Virus record (IMG/VR): IMGVR_UViG_3300017917_001030
Location: 32,001-96,000 of that record
Direction: 5' to 3' (one strand)
DNA length: 64,000 nt
From: a virus
In this document: in pieces, positions 40,828 to 47,156 of the stretch
Layout of the letters: each line of letters opens with the position of its first letter
How positions within the stretch are numbered: the first letter of the stretch is position 1
The notes under the pieces: model-generated
Told to the model about the DNA's origin: nothing
The model's input: the letters and a program-made list of their open reading frames with translations, nothing else
Database searches by the model: none
Program-made: the position numbers and the translations under genes

Positions 40828-41295
40828 ATGTTATTGAAGTTGCTTGAAAAGATCGGTCGAAAAAGAATAATCAAGGACAGACATGGTGATGAATACATGC
40901 ATCGCTACTACCTTGGTTTCAAGGAGAAACAAGATGCATTCGACGATGTTAAACCCTACCCCAACATCTTTATCCACAAAATCTTCAAATCCGACGAAGA
41001 TAGAGACCCTCACGATCATCCCTGGACATACCTCACCGTTATCCTCGGTGGAGGATATTGGGAATACACCCCAGTTTTCGACTCAAAAGGCGCCTTTGTT
41101 ACAGAGGTCAGTCGCTGGAGAGGACCTGGAAGCGTTATATGGCGTAGAGCCACCGACCTTCACCGATTAGAAATGACGGAACCTACAACGACTTTATTCA
41201 TTCACGGATGGAGAAAGCGAGAGTGGGGCTTTTTGACGAATAAAGGCTGGATTGACCGAATTACTTATATTAAAGGGAAACTTGCAAAGGTATAA
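40828..41295 (+). CDS. Cupin-like protein
   Basis: HDHPW...GGYWE...HRL. Confidence 0.7.
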   Translation: MLLKLLEKIGRKRIIKDRHGDEYMHRYYLGFKEKQDAFDDVKPYPNIFIHKIFKSDEDRDPHDHPWTYLTVILGGGYWEYTPVFDSKGAFVTEVSRWRGPGSVIWRRATDLHRLEMTEPTTTLFIHGWRKREWGFLTNKGWIDRITYIKGKLAKV

Positions 41296-41298
41296 ATA
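41291..41298 (+). promoter_or_regulatory. T4-type late promoter
   Basis: TATAAATA. Confidence 0.65.
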
Positions 41299-41319
41299 AT
41301 TTCTGAGGGGGTAGCAATA

Positions 41320-41829
41320 ATGCAAGTTTCCGTAAGAAATGCAAGAGATAGAACGCTGACTACACTTTTAAAGCTAGCAGCCAATTCGTTCGGCAAGGCG
41401 TTGCTATCACCCCAGATGCTCAAAAATATCAATCTTAAGATTATTATCCGTGATCAATTAGACGCAGGTGGGTACTGCGATTACGATCAAGACGATTCAA
41501 GTTGTCCGAGAGATTTCACTATAGAAATCTGCAGAACCAGAAAAAAGATCAATATGTTCAAAGTTCTGGCGCATGAGATGGTTCATGTTAAACAAATCGC
41601 TCGTGGAGAAATGAAGGATAGATACGTAAAGAGCAAATACGTTGTAGTATGGTTTGGTGAAAAATATAGTGAAGAGGATGTTTCTTACTGGGATCAACCA
41701 TGGGAGATAGAAGCCTATGGTCTAGAAAATTCCCTTGTTGCAAAATTTCTAGTTGAACACGATCAATTTAAAAATTTAAAGCAAAGGCATAGTGATTGGT
41801 TTGCAGAAGAAGCTCTGAATAGAGAATAA
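41320..41829 (+). CDS. HExxH metallopeptidase-like protein
   Basis: LAHEMVHVKQ; PWEIEAY. Confidence 0.75.
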   Translation: MQVSVRNARDRTLTTLLKLAANSFGKALLSPQMLKNINLKIIIRDQLDAGGYCDYDQDDSSCPRDFTIEICRTRKKINMFKVLAHEMVHVKQIARGEMKDRYVKSKYVVVWFGEKYSEEDVSYWDQPWEIEAYGLENSLVAKFLVEHDQFKNLKQRHSDWFAEEALNRE

Positions 41830-41847
41830 CAACTAAAGGAGCGACAA

Positions 41848-42006
41848 ATGGGCAGTATAGTTTTTACATTATATGATATTATTCAGCTCTTACTTATGCT
41901 TGGTGCTTGTTATGCTTGTTATAGATGGGGGCACCATAAAGGTATGAATGATACAATAGATTTCTTCGAAGCGGAAGGTATAATCAAAAGAGAGGAAGAG
42001 GCTTAA
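41848..42006 (+). CDS. Small membrane protein (52 aa)
   Basis: AAGGAG SD; single TM. Confidence 0.6.
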   Translation: MGSIVFTLYDIIQLLLMLGACYACYRWGHHKGMNDTIDFFEAEGIIKREEEA

Positions 42007-42037
42007 TTTATACCACCGTTGTTCTTTAACAACACCG

Positions 42038-42069
42038 AAAACCCGAGCATTTGACTCGGGTTTCTTTTT
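42038..42069 (+). terminator. Intrinsic terminator overlapping a sigma70 promoter
   Basis: AAACCCGAG-CATTTGA-CTCGGGTTT plus T-tract; TTGACT-17-TATACT at 42051-42079. Confidence 0.75.
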
Positions 42070-42145
42070 CTGTTATACTTATGGTATGGTTACAGAATTT
42101 AAGTCTAGCAAAAAGGTAAAACCTTTTTATTACCTAAAAAAGTGC

Positions 42146-42174
42146 TTGACTCGGTGACCGATTGAACATATAAT
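42146..42174 (+). promoter_or_regulatory. Sigma70-type early promoter
   Basis: TTGACT-17 nt-TATAAT. Confidence 0.8.
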
Positions 42175-42180
42175 AATGGT

Positions 42181-42570
42181 ATGGTTAAGAACTTCATTGT
42201 AGGTAGCGACGTAGAAATCACGACAAAGTGGAAATCAAATCTGCTTTGGCGAGACTATGACGTCAACACTTTCAAGGGCAAAGTAGTTGCAAATCCTAAA
42301 TGGCTTGACAACGACTACGTTTCCGTGTATACTGGGAATACAGATTACCCTGTATCCTATATTCACAAGAAGTTCATTGTGGGATTCGATATGGCTGAGA
42401 ATCGTAGCGATCTGCGAATATTCAAAGTCAAATCGAAGACTAAAGGAAGTGTCTACAATGTCACTTCCGTTGGTGGCAAGGTATCTTGCGATTGTGTTGG
42501 TTTCCAATTCCGCAGATACTGTAAGCATTCGGATTCAGTCAAGAAGCTTTTGGACAAAGAAAGTGCTTGA
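42181..42570 (+). CDS. SWIM zinc-finger protein, probably leaderless
   Basis: CDC...CKH; ATG 7 nt after the -10 box. Confidence 0.75.
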   Translation: MVKNFIVGSDVEITTKWKSNLLWRDYDVNTFKGKVVANPKWLDNDYVSVYTGNTDYPVSYIHKKFIVGFDMAENRSDLRIFKVKSKTKGSVYNVTSVGGKVSCDCVGFQFRRYCKHSDSVKKLLDKESA

Positions 42571-42595
42571 CAAGTTGAACAGAATGCTATATAAT
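42567..42595 (+). promoter_or_regulatory. Sigma70-type early promoter
   Basis: TTGACA-17 nt-TATAAT. Confidence 0.8.
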
Positions 42596-42638
42596 TTGAC
42601 TTGTGATTGTTTAATATCTTTTGAAAAGGATCTATATT

Positions 42639-43070
42639 ATGTCTAAAACTTCAGCAACATTCACCGTCGCCGGTGTGTCTACTCAGAACGGCGTTACTAA
42701 AGTGCGCTTTGCTAATGACTTGGCATCTCGTGTCAAGCTCTTGTCTAAAGGTGGGCATTCCCCTCTTGAACTTATTGAGTTGCCTAAGGCAATGACTAAG
42801 GCTGAGGCTTGCCAGCATCTTCTTAGTGTTGGCGGAGTGTTCAATCAATGGACTGATCTGATTAATCAGACCATGGATAAGAAGTCTGGCGTTGTTGTGG
42901 CTCAAGCCAAAGCAGCAAAGCCTGCAAAGAAAGCGACCCCTGCTAAAGCTGCAGTACCTGCTAAGAAAGCAGCACCGGCTAAAAAGGCAGTCCCCGCTAA
43001 AGCACCTAAGGCATCTGCCGAAGATGATTTTGAGATTGAGGAATTGAAAGAGCTTGCTGAGGCAAACTAA
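42639..43070 (+). CDS. Protein with histone H1-like PAKK repeats
   Basis: PAKKA/PAKA repeats and acidic tail. Confidence 0.7.
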   Translation: MSKTSATFTVAGVSTQNGVTKVRFANDLASRVKLLSKGGHSPLELIELPKAMTKAEACQHLLSVGGVFNQWTDLINQTMDKKSGVVVAQAKAAKPAKKATPAKAAVPAKKAAPAKKAVPAKAPKASAEDDFEIEELKELAEAN

Positions 43071-43133
43071 TTCAAAAAAGTATCACTAGAACCGTTGGTC
43101 AGGCTATATATAATATATAGCAAGGAAAGTAAA

Positions 43134-43250
43134 ATGTTACTAATATCTAAACCCCTACACTGCGAGAGCAATTATATTGGCAGACAGCCAGTAGAAGCCT
43201 TTGCACGCACAAATTCATGGGATGAATTTACCGAGGGGCGGGATAGTTAA
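43134..43250 (+). CDS. Putative attenuator leader peptide (38 aa, all 20 amino acids)
   Basis: AAGGA SD; MLLISKPLHCESNYIGRQPVEAFARTNSWDEFTEGRDS; overlaps antiterminator strand. Confidence 0.75.
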   Translation: MLLISKPLHCESNYIGRQPVEAFARTNSWDEFTEGRDS

Positions 43251-43310
43251 GTAGTATACTACGTTCTTAACAAAACCCTCGGTACCCCTAAAGTCCGAGG
43301 GTTTTTCTTT
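43229..43310 (+). promoter_or_regulatory. Transcription attenuator (antiterminator/terminator)
   Basis: TACCGAGGG (43229-37) can pair with CCCTCGGTA (43276-84), competing with terminator AAAACCCTCGG/CCGAGGGTTTT plus T-tract. Confidence 0.75.
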
Positions 43311-43337
43311 ATATGACAATTTTTAATAACCTTGTGC

Positions 43338-43366
43338 TTGACAGGGTTTCTAAAAGGTGTTATAAT
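43338..43366 (+). promoter_or_regulatory. Sigma70 promoter of the tRNA array
   Basis: TTGACA-17 nt-TATAAT. Confidence 0.85.
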
Positions 43367-43396
43367 AAGCATCTGGTTTAGAAGTGTTCTAAACAT

Positions 43397-43408
43397 TGTT
43401 CTTTAAAA
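43397..43408 (+). promoter_or_regulatory. boxA-like antitermination site
   Basis: TGTTCTTTAAAA versus rrn boxA TGCTCTTTAACA; lies between promoter and first tRNA. Confidence 0.6.
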
Positions 43409-43423
43409 ATTTGCATTCCAATT

Positions 43424-43497
43424 ACCCGGTTAGCTCAAAGGTAGAGCACACGACTGATAATCGTGAGACAGAGGATCGTTACCTCTACTGGGTACCA
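43424..43497 (+). tRNA. tRNA-Ile(GAT)
   Basis: Cloverleaf, loop CTGATAA, CCA; T-loop ATCGTTA. Confidence 0.88.
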
Positions 43498-43569
43498 TAT
43501 AAAAACACATTACGGCAACCTGCCTGAGGGAGAGGATACCGAACTAGTGTCGGGTAGTGTGTTTCTATA
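43498..43569 (+). ncRNA. Long-stem element type B, copy 1
   Basis: TATAAAAACACATTA ... TAGTGTGTTTCTATA. Confidence 0.55.
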
Positions 43570-43577
43570 TAGTTTAT

Positions 43578-43654
43578 GCTCGGTTCGTCTAGCGGTCCAG
43601 GACAACGGCCTTTCACGTCGTAGATCACGGGTTCAAATCCCGTACCGAGTACCA
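43578..43654 (+). tRNA. tRNA-Glu(TTC)
   Basis: Loop CTTTCAC, CCA. Confidence 0.92.
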
Positions 43655-43660
43655 CAAATT

Positions 43661-43745
43661 GGAGGTGTAGGAAAATTGGTAACCCCAGCGGACTGTAAAT
43701 CCGCCGCCCCTGGCACTACTTGTTCGACTCAAGTCACCTCCACCA
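43661..43745 (+). tRNA. tRNA-Tyr(GTA)
   Basis: Loop CTGTAAA, variable arm, CCA. Confidence 0.92.
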
Positions 43746-43750
43746 TATTA

Positions 43751-43859
43751 AGGATGCGAACAGCAATCTTTTTTAACTTTAAGCCAAACGAGTGGTCCGG
43801 TTCGATTCCGGCTTGTGGTGTAATGGTAGCATACCCGTCAAAAGTAAAAAGGCATCCTG
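43751..43859 (+). ncRNA. Y-RNA-like element A1 (T-arm then D-arm)
   Basis: AGGATGC-GAA-CAGCAA ... GCATCCTG; CCGG-TTCGATT-CCGG followed by GTGT-AATGGTA-GCAT. Confidence 0.7.
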
Positions 43860-43867
43860 TTAATAAT

Positions 43868-43945
43868 GGCTAGGTGGCAGAGTGGTCCAATGCAGCGGAT
43901 TGCAAATCCGTAAAGTCGTCAGTTCGAATCTGACTCTAGCTTCCA
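43868..43945 (+). tRNA. tRNA-Cys(GCA)
   Basis: Loop TTGCAAA, U73, CCA. Confidence 0.92.
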
Positions 43946-43957
43946 ACAAAAAAGTGC

Positions 43958-43985
43958 TTGACTTTTTTAGTACAGGCATTATAAT
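43958..43985 (+). promoter_or_regulatory. Sigma70-type promoter
   Basis: TTGACT-16 nt-TATAAT. Confidence 0.7.
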
Positions 43986-44136
43986 AAGTACATAAATTAA
44001 TAACACGCCTCGCAGCGTTATTAAACTAGTGTTAGCTCTGCTAATTACTAGCGCAAATATAAACGGTGCATCAACGATGTGCTTTCGGTATCCGCGATAG
44101 AGATACGGCTAAAGTTCGTAATGCCAAAAGTATTTA

Positions 44137-44211
44137 GGTCTCAAAGTGTTCATGGACGCACGCAAGCCTGTCACGCTTGAAGAAGGGGATCGTTACCCCT
44201 TGGGACCGCCA
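44137..44211 (+). tRNA. tRNA-Asp(GTC)
   Basis: Loop CTGTCAC, G73, CCA; T-loop ATCGTTA. Confidence 0.88.
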
Positions 44212-44214
44212 AGA

Positions 44215-44330
44215 TTTAGTAAGTGCTGTTTACAGCAACCGTGTCACAAGTCTAGGGTTGAGGCTCTAGTTTAGTATGTTTACATACACCGTGTTGCAAG
44301 TGAAGGGTTGAGGCTCTTCCTTACTAAATA
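44215..44330 (+). ncRNA. Tandem-motif ncRNA
   Basis: Closing stem TTTAGTAAG/CTTACTAAA; two copies of ACCGTGTnnCAAGTnnAGGGTTGAGGCTCT. Confidence 0.55.
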
Positions 44331-44350
44331 TTTTTATCTCAAAGTTTTAT

Positions 44351-44425
44351 TCCGGAGTAGCACAGCGGTAGTGCAGTTGACTGTTAATCAATTGGTCGTA
44401 GGTTCGATCCCTGCCTCCGGAGCCA
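44351..44425 (+). tRNA. tRNA-Asn(GTT)
   Basis: Loop CTGTTAA, CCA. Confidence 0.95.
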
Positions 44426-44430
44426 GTTAT

Positions 44431-44506
44431 GCGGGTGTAATTCAGTTGGTAGAATGCTTCCTTGCCAAGGAAGATGTCGAGAGTTCGAGTCTCTTCGCCC
44501 GCTCCA
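44431..44506 (+). tRNA. tRNA-Gly(GCC)
   Basis: Loop TTGCCAA, U73, CCA. Confidence 0.95.
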
Positions 44507-44511
44507 GTTTT

Positions 44512-44571
44512 AGGATAGTAACAGCAATCAAAAAGCATACATTTGTAACTGTAAAAGCAAACTCTATCCTG
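44512..44571 (+). ncRNA. Y-RNA-like element A2
   Basis: AGGATAG-TAA-CAGCAA ... CTATCCTG; internal TACA-TTTGTAAC-TGTA. Confidence 0.65.
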
Positions 44572-44581
44572 TTATTTTTTA

Positions 44582-44658
44582 GCCCCGGTGACGGAATTGG
44601 TATACGTGTTGGTCTTAGAAACCAAATTTTAGGAGTTCGAGTCTCCTCTGGGGCACCA
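44582..44658 (+). tRNA. tRNA-Leu(TAG), short variable loop
   Basis: Loop CTTAGAA, A73, CCA; 77 nt. Confidence 0.85.
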
Positions 44659-44661
44659 AGT

Positions 44662-44828
44662 TTTGTAAGTGTAGATGTTGAGAAAGCATGTATAGGCATA
44701 TATGTGTGAGGCGGATATGAAACCCCGACAAGTAACAACTAGTACTACGTACCTCTAACCAGTCCGCGGCTTATCTAGAAAATACTGGTAAAATGGTTCC
44801 GAATGAGGGAGGCGGAACTACTTACAAA
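44662..44828 (+). ncRNA. Putative structured ncRNA
   Basis: Closing stem TTTGTAAGT/ACTTACAAA; internal ACCAGT/ACTGGT and GTTCCG/CGGAAC. Confidence 0.45.
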
Positions 44829-44877
44829 TTCATTCTCGCTTTGACTTATGGCGTACAATAGGATAAATTATAAGTCA

Positions 44878-44943
44878 TTTTTAAAGTACATTATGAAAAG
44901 AATTCCGAGATAAATCGGTAGGTAACATAGTGTATTTTAAAAA
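44878..44943 (+). ncRNA. Long-stem element type B, divergent copy
   Basis: TTTTTAAAGTACATTA ... TAGTGTATTTTAAAAA. Confidence 0.45.
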
Positions 44944-44945
44944 TT

Positions 44946-45021
44946 GGGGCCATAGCTCATCTGGGAGAGCGCCTGTTTTGCAAGCAGGAGGCGGTCGGTT
45001 CGAGTCCGACTGGTTCCACCA
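44946..45021 (+). tRNA. tRNA-Ala(TGC)
   Basis: G3:U70, loop TTTGCAA, CCA. Confidence 0.95.
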
Positions 45022-45025
45022 AATT

Positions 45026-45100
45026 GCCTGGATAGCTCAGGGGTAGAGCGTCTCCCTTACAAGGAGAGGGTCCGCGGTTCGAAACCGTGTCCAGGTACCA
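45026..45100 (+). tRNA. tRNA-Val(TAC)
   Basis: Loop CTTACAA, CCA. Confidence 0.95.
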
Positions 45101-45105
45101 ATCAT

Positions 45106-45182
45106 CGGGGTGTAGCGCAGCCTGGTAGCGCATCTGCTTTGGGAGCAGGAGGTCGTGAGTTCGAGTCCCACCACCCCGACCA
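45106..45182 (+). tRNA. tRNA-Pro(TGG)
   Basis: Loop TTTGGGA, CCA. Confidence 0.95.
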
Positions 45183-45197
45183 TCATAAGGAAATGCT

Positions 45198-45464
45198 ATG
45201 TCATATGTACCATTGAGAGATAAAGTTCTGTTGGAAGAAACAGAAAAAGCTACAGTCACAGAAAGCGGAATTTATTTAGGTGACGCTCGTGCAGATAACA
45301 ATACACGACCAGGTCGTGTTCTTGCAGTAGGTCCAGAAGTGTCCGAAATCAAAGCAGGAGATATTGTTTACGTGATGTGGCAAAAATCTCATATCATCAA
45401 AGAAGGCGATAAATTGCTTGCAATCGTAGGCATAGATGATATAATTGCAGTATTAGAAGATTAA
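45198..45464 (+). CDS. GroES-like co-chaperonin
   Basis: PLRDKVLL, TESGIYL, GRVLAVGP, DIIAV. Confidence 0.88.
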   Translation: MSYVPLRDKVLLEETEKATVTESGIYLGDARADNNTRPGRVLAVGPEVSEIKAGDIVYVMWQKSHIIKEGDKLLAIVGIDDIIAVLED

Positions 45465-45465
45465 T

Positions 45466-45542
45466 GTGACCATAGCTCAGTAGGATAGAGCATCTGCCTT
45501 CTAAGCAGACGGTCGGGGGTTCGAATCCCTCTGGTCACGCCA
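45466..45542 (+). tRNA. tRNA-Arg(TCT)
   Basis: Loop CTTCTAA, CCA. Confidence 0.95.
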
Positions 45543-45547
45543 GTTTT

Positions 45548-45611
45548 AGGATAGTAACAGCAACCACAATTTACACTAGACTTATAATCTAACCAGTAAA
45601 ATTCTATCCTG
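45548..45611 (+). ncRNA. Y-RNA-like element A3 displaying an anticodon-type loop
   Basis: AGGATAG-TAA-CAGCAA ... CTATCCTG; internal TAGA-CTTATAA-TCTA. Confidence 0.68.
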
Positions 45612-45615
45612 TTAT

Positions 45616-45691
45616 TCCCTCTTCGCCAAGTTGGTAAGGCATCGGATTTTGATTCCGACATTCGGTGGTTCGAGTCCATCAGGGGGAGCCA
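45616..45691 (+). tRNA. tRNA-Gln(TTG)
   Basis: U1:A72, loop TTTTGAT, G73, CCA. Confidence 0.92.
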
Positions 45692-45697
45692 ATTAGT

Positions 45698-45776
45698 TGG
45701 GGCGTAGTGTACTCTGGTATTAGCACACTGGTCTTTGAAACCAGTAGATTGGGTTCGATTCCCGACGCCCTTACCA
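45698..45776 (+). tRNA. Second tRNA with TTG anticodon (atypical Gln)
   Basis: Loop CTTTGAA; U1:U72 mismatch, A73, CCA. Confidence 0.75.
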
Positions 45777-45790
45777 TATTATTTTTAAAC

Positions 45791-45857
45791 GGAGAACGAC
45801 ATGAAACGAGGTAAACTCTAGTGTCATCCCAGGTCCCGTATTGGTCTTGGATGGCAC
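45791..45857 (+). other. Minigene (MKRGKL*) plus hairpin
   Basis: GGAG SD, ATG 45801, TAG 45819-21, stem GTGTCATCC/GGATGGCAC. Confidence 0.45.
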
Positions 45858-45882
45858 GTAAAATCAATTTAATTACGACCAT

Positions 45883-45959
45883 CCCTTGCTGGCGTCAACG
45901 GTTAGCGTACCGGACTCTTAATCCGCGAGGTCTCAGTTCGAATCTGAGGCAAGGGACCA
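45883..45959 (+). tRNA. tRNA-Lys(CTT)
   Basis: Loop CTCTTAA, CCA. Confidence 0.88.
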
Positions 45960-45963
45960 ATAT

Positions 45964-46038
45964 GGGATTGAAGCTTTAAGGTGAAGCAACGGACTTTTAA
46001 TCCGTAGAACTGGGATCGTCGGCCCAGCAGTCCTACCA
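45964..46038 (+). tRNA. tRNA-Lys(TTT)
   Basis: Loop CTTTTAA, CCA; atypical T-loop ATCGTCGG. Confidence 0.82.
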
Positions 46039-46125
46039 TATAAAAACACATTAAACGCCCACCCATCGTGGTTGATGGCCGGTAGTTGCGTCTCTAACCA
46101 AGCCGCTTCATAGTGTGTTTCTATA
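46039..46125 (+). ncRNA. Long-stem element type B, copy 2
   Basis: Same 15-nt arms as 43498-43569, different interior. Confidence 0.55.
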
Positions 46126-46200
46126 TGGTAGTTTAACTCCGTGGTTAACTCCGCCAGGCCGATACGCTCTATAGAGCGTGTCGAAGCAAGGAGCTACCAT
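46125..46200 (+). ncRNA. Putative structured RNA
   Basis: ATGGTAGTTT/GAGCTACCAT stem; CGATACGCTC-TATA-GAGCGTGTCG hairpin. Confidence 0.4.
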
Positions 46201-46217
46201 AACCTAAAAAGATAAAA

Positions 46218-46409
46218 ATGTATATTTCACAAATAGCAAGAATCAACGATCATTATATGGGTCGTGATCGAGAAAAAGTTTATGTTACTTTGAAAGATGA
46301 AAACGGAGCTACTTATACCAGATATGAGCAGTACCTTTTCACGCCTTACAACAAGCAAGGTAAACTAGAAGAATTACAAAAAGGTAATACCATAGATTTA
46401 AAAGCTTAG
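46218..46409 (+). CDS. Small hypothetical protein
   Basis: 63-aa ORF filling a gap between RNA genes. Confidence 0.5.
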   Translation: MYISQIARINDHYMGRDREKVYVTLKDENGATYTRYEQYLFTPYNKQGKLEELQKGNTIDLKA

Positions 46410-46484
46410 CGGTCCTTAGTTCAATGGATAGAATGCCATGCTTCGAACTTGGAGATGTGGGTTCGATTCCTGCAGGACCGGCCA
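46410..46484 (+). tRNA. tRNA-Arg(TCG)
   Basis: Loop CTTCGAA, CCA. Confidence 0.85.
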
Positions 46485-46488
46485 ATTT

Positions 46489-46564
46489 GCCCTGGTGACG
46501 GAACGGTATACGTGTCGGATTCAAAATCCGAATTCTGAGAGTTCGAATCTCTCCTGGGGCACCA
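46489..46564 (+). tRNA. tRNA-Leu(CAA), short variable loop
   Basis: Loop TTCAAAA, A73, CCA; 76 nt. Confidence 0.85.
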
Positions 46565-46566
46565 AT

Positions 46567-46642
46567 GGTATTCTTAGTGTAGTGGTCTGCACACGACGTT
46601 GTGACCGTCGTAGTATGAGTTCGATCCTCATAGAATACCCCA
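46567..46642 (+). tRNA. tRNA-His(GTG)
   Basis: G-1:C73, loop TTGTGAC, CCA. Confidence 0.92.
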
Positions 46643-46651
46643 AACAATTAT

Positions 46652-46727
<76 letters not shown>

Positions 46728-46732
46728 AATAT

Positions 46733-46822
46733 GGAAGCGTGGTAGAGTGGTCTAATACGTCAGCCTTGAAAACTGAAGATTCTTAATCGGGTCCGTGAGT
46801 TCGAATCTCACCGCTTCCACCA
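46733..46822 (+). tRNA. tRNA-Ser(TGA)
   Basis: Loop CTTGAAA, long variable arm, CCA. Confidence 0.92.
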
Positions 46823-46921
46823 GTATTCTTGCAAGAAGAAAACACTGCGCCCTGAGCCTCACCGGGCGGTATGTCAGTTACAAAACAGTAGGGTAAGAGT
46901 CCCAAGGAGAGGCACGAATAC
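46823..46921 (+). ncRNA. Putative structured RNA
   Basis: Closing stem GTATTCTTGC/GCACGAATAC; internal CGCCC/GGGCG. Confidence 0.4.
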
Positions 46922-46924
46922 AAT

Positions 46925-47015
46925 AGTGAGATGCGAGAGTTGGTCTAATCGGCCTCCCTGGAAAGGAGTGCATCGTGCAAACGGTACTAGGGTTCGAATC
47001 CCTATCTCACTGCCA
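46925..47015 (+). tRNA. tRNA-Ser(GGA)
   Basis: Loop CTGGAAA, long variable arm, G73, CCA. Confidence 0.9.
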
Positions 47016-47017
47016 AC

Positions 47018-47105
47018 GGAAGATTAACTGAGTAGGACTCAGCACTGATTCGAAACCAGTTGGACTCAGAAATGGGTTGGGGATCGAGACCTCAGTCTTC
47101 CACCA
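47018..47105 (+). tRNA. Atypical tRNA-Ser(CGA) with Sec-like long D stem
   Basis: Loop TTCGAAA; D stem CTGAGT/ACTCAG; variable arm; CCA. Confidence 0.72.
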
Positions 47106-47107
47106 GG

Positions 47108-47136
47108 TTGACACTAAAATCAAAAGATGTTATAAT
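47108..47136 (+). promoter_or_regulatory. Sigma70 promoter
   Basis: TTGACA-17 nt-TATAAT. Confidence 0.85.
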
Positions 47137-47156
47137 TAATTTTTAAGGAGTTAAAG

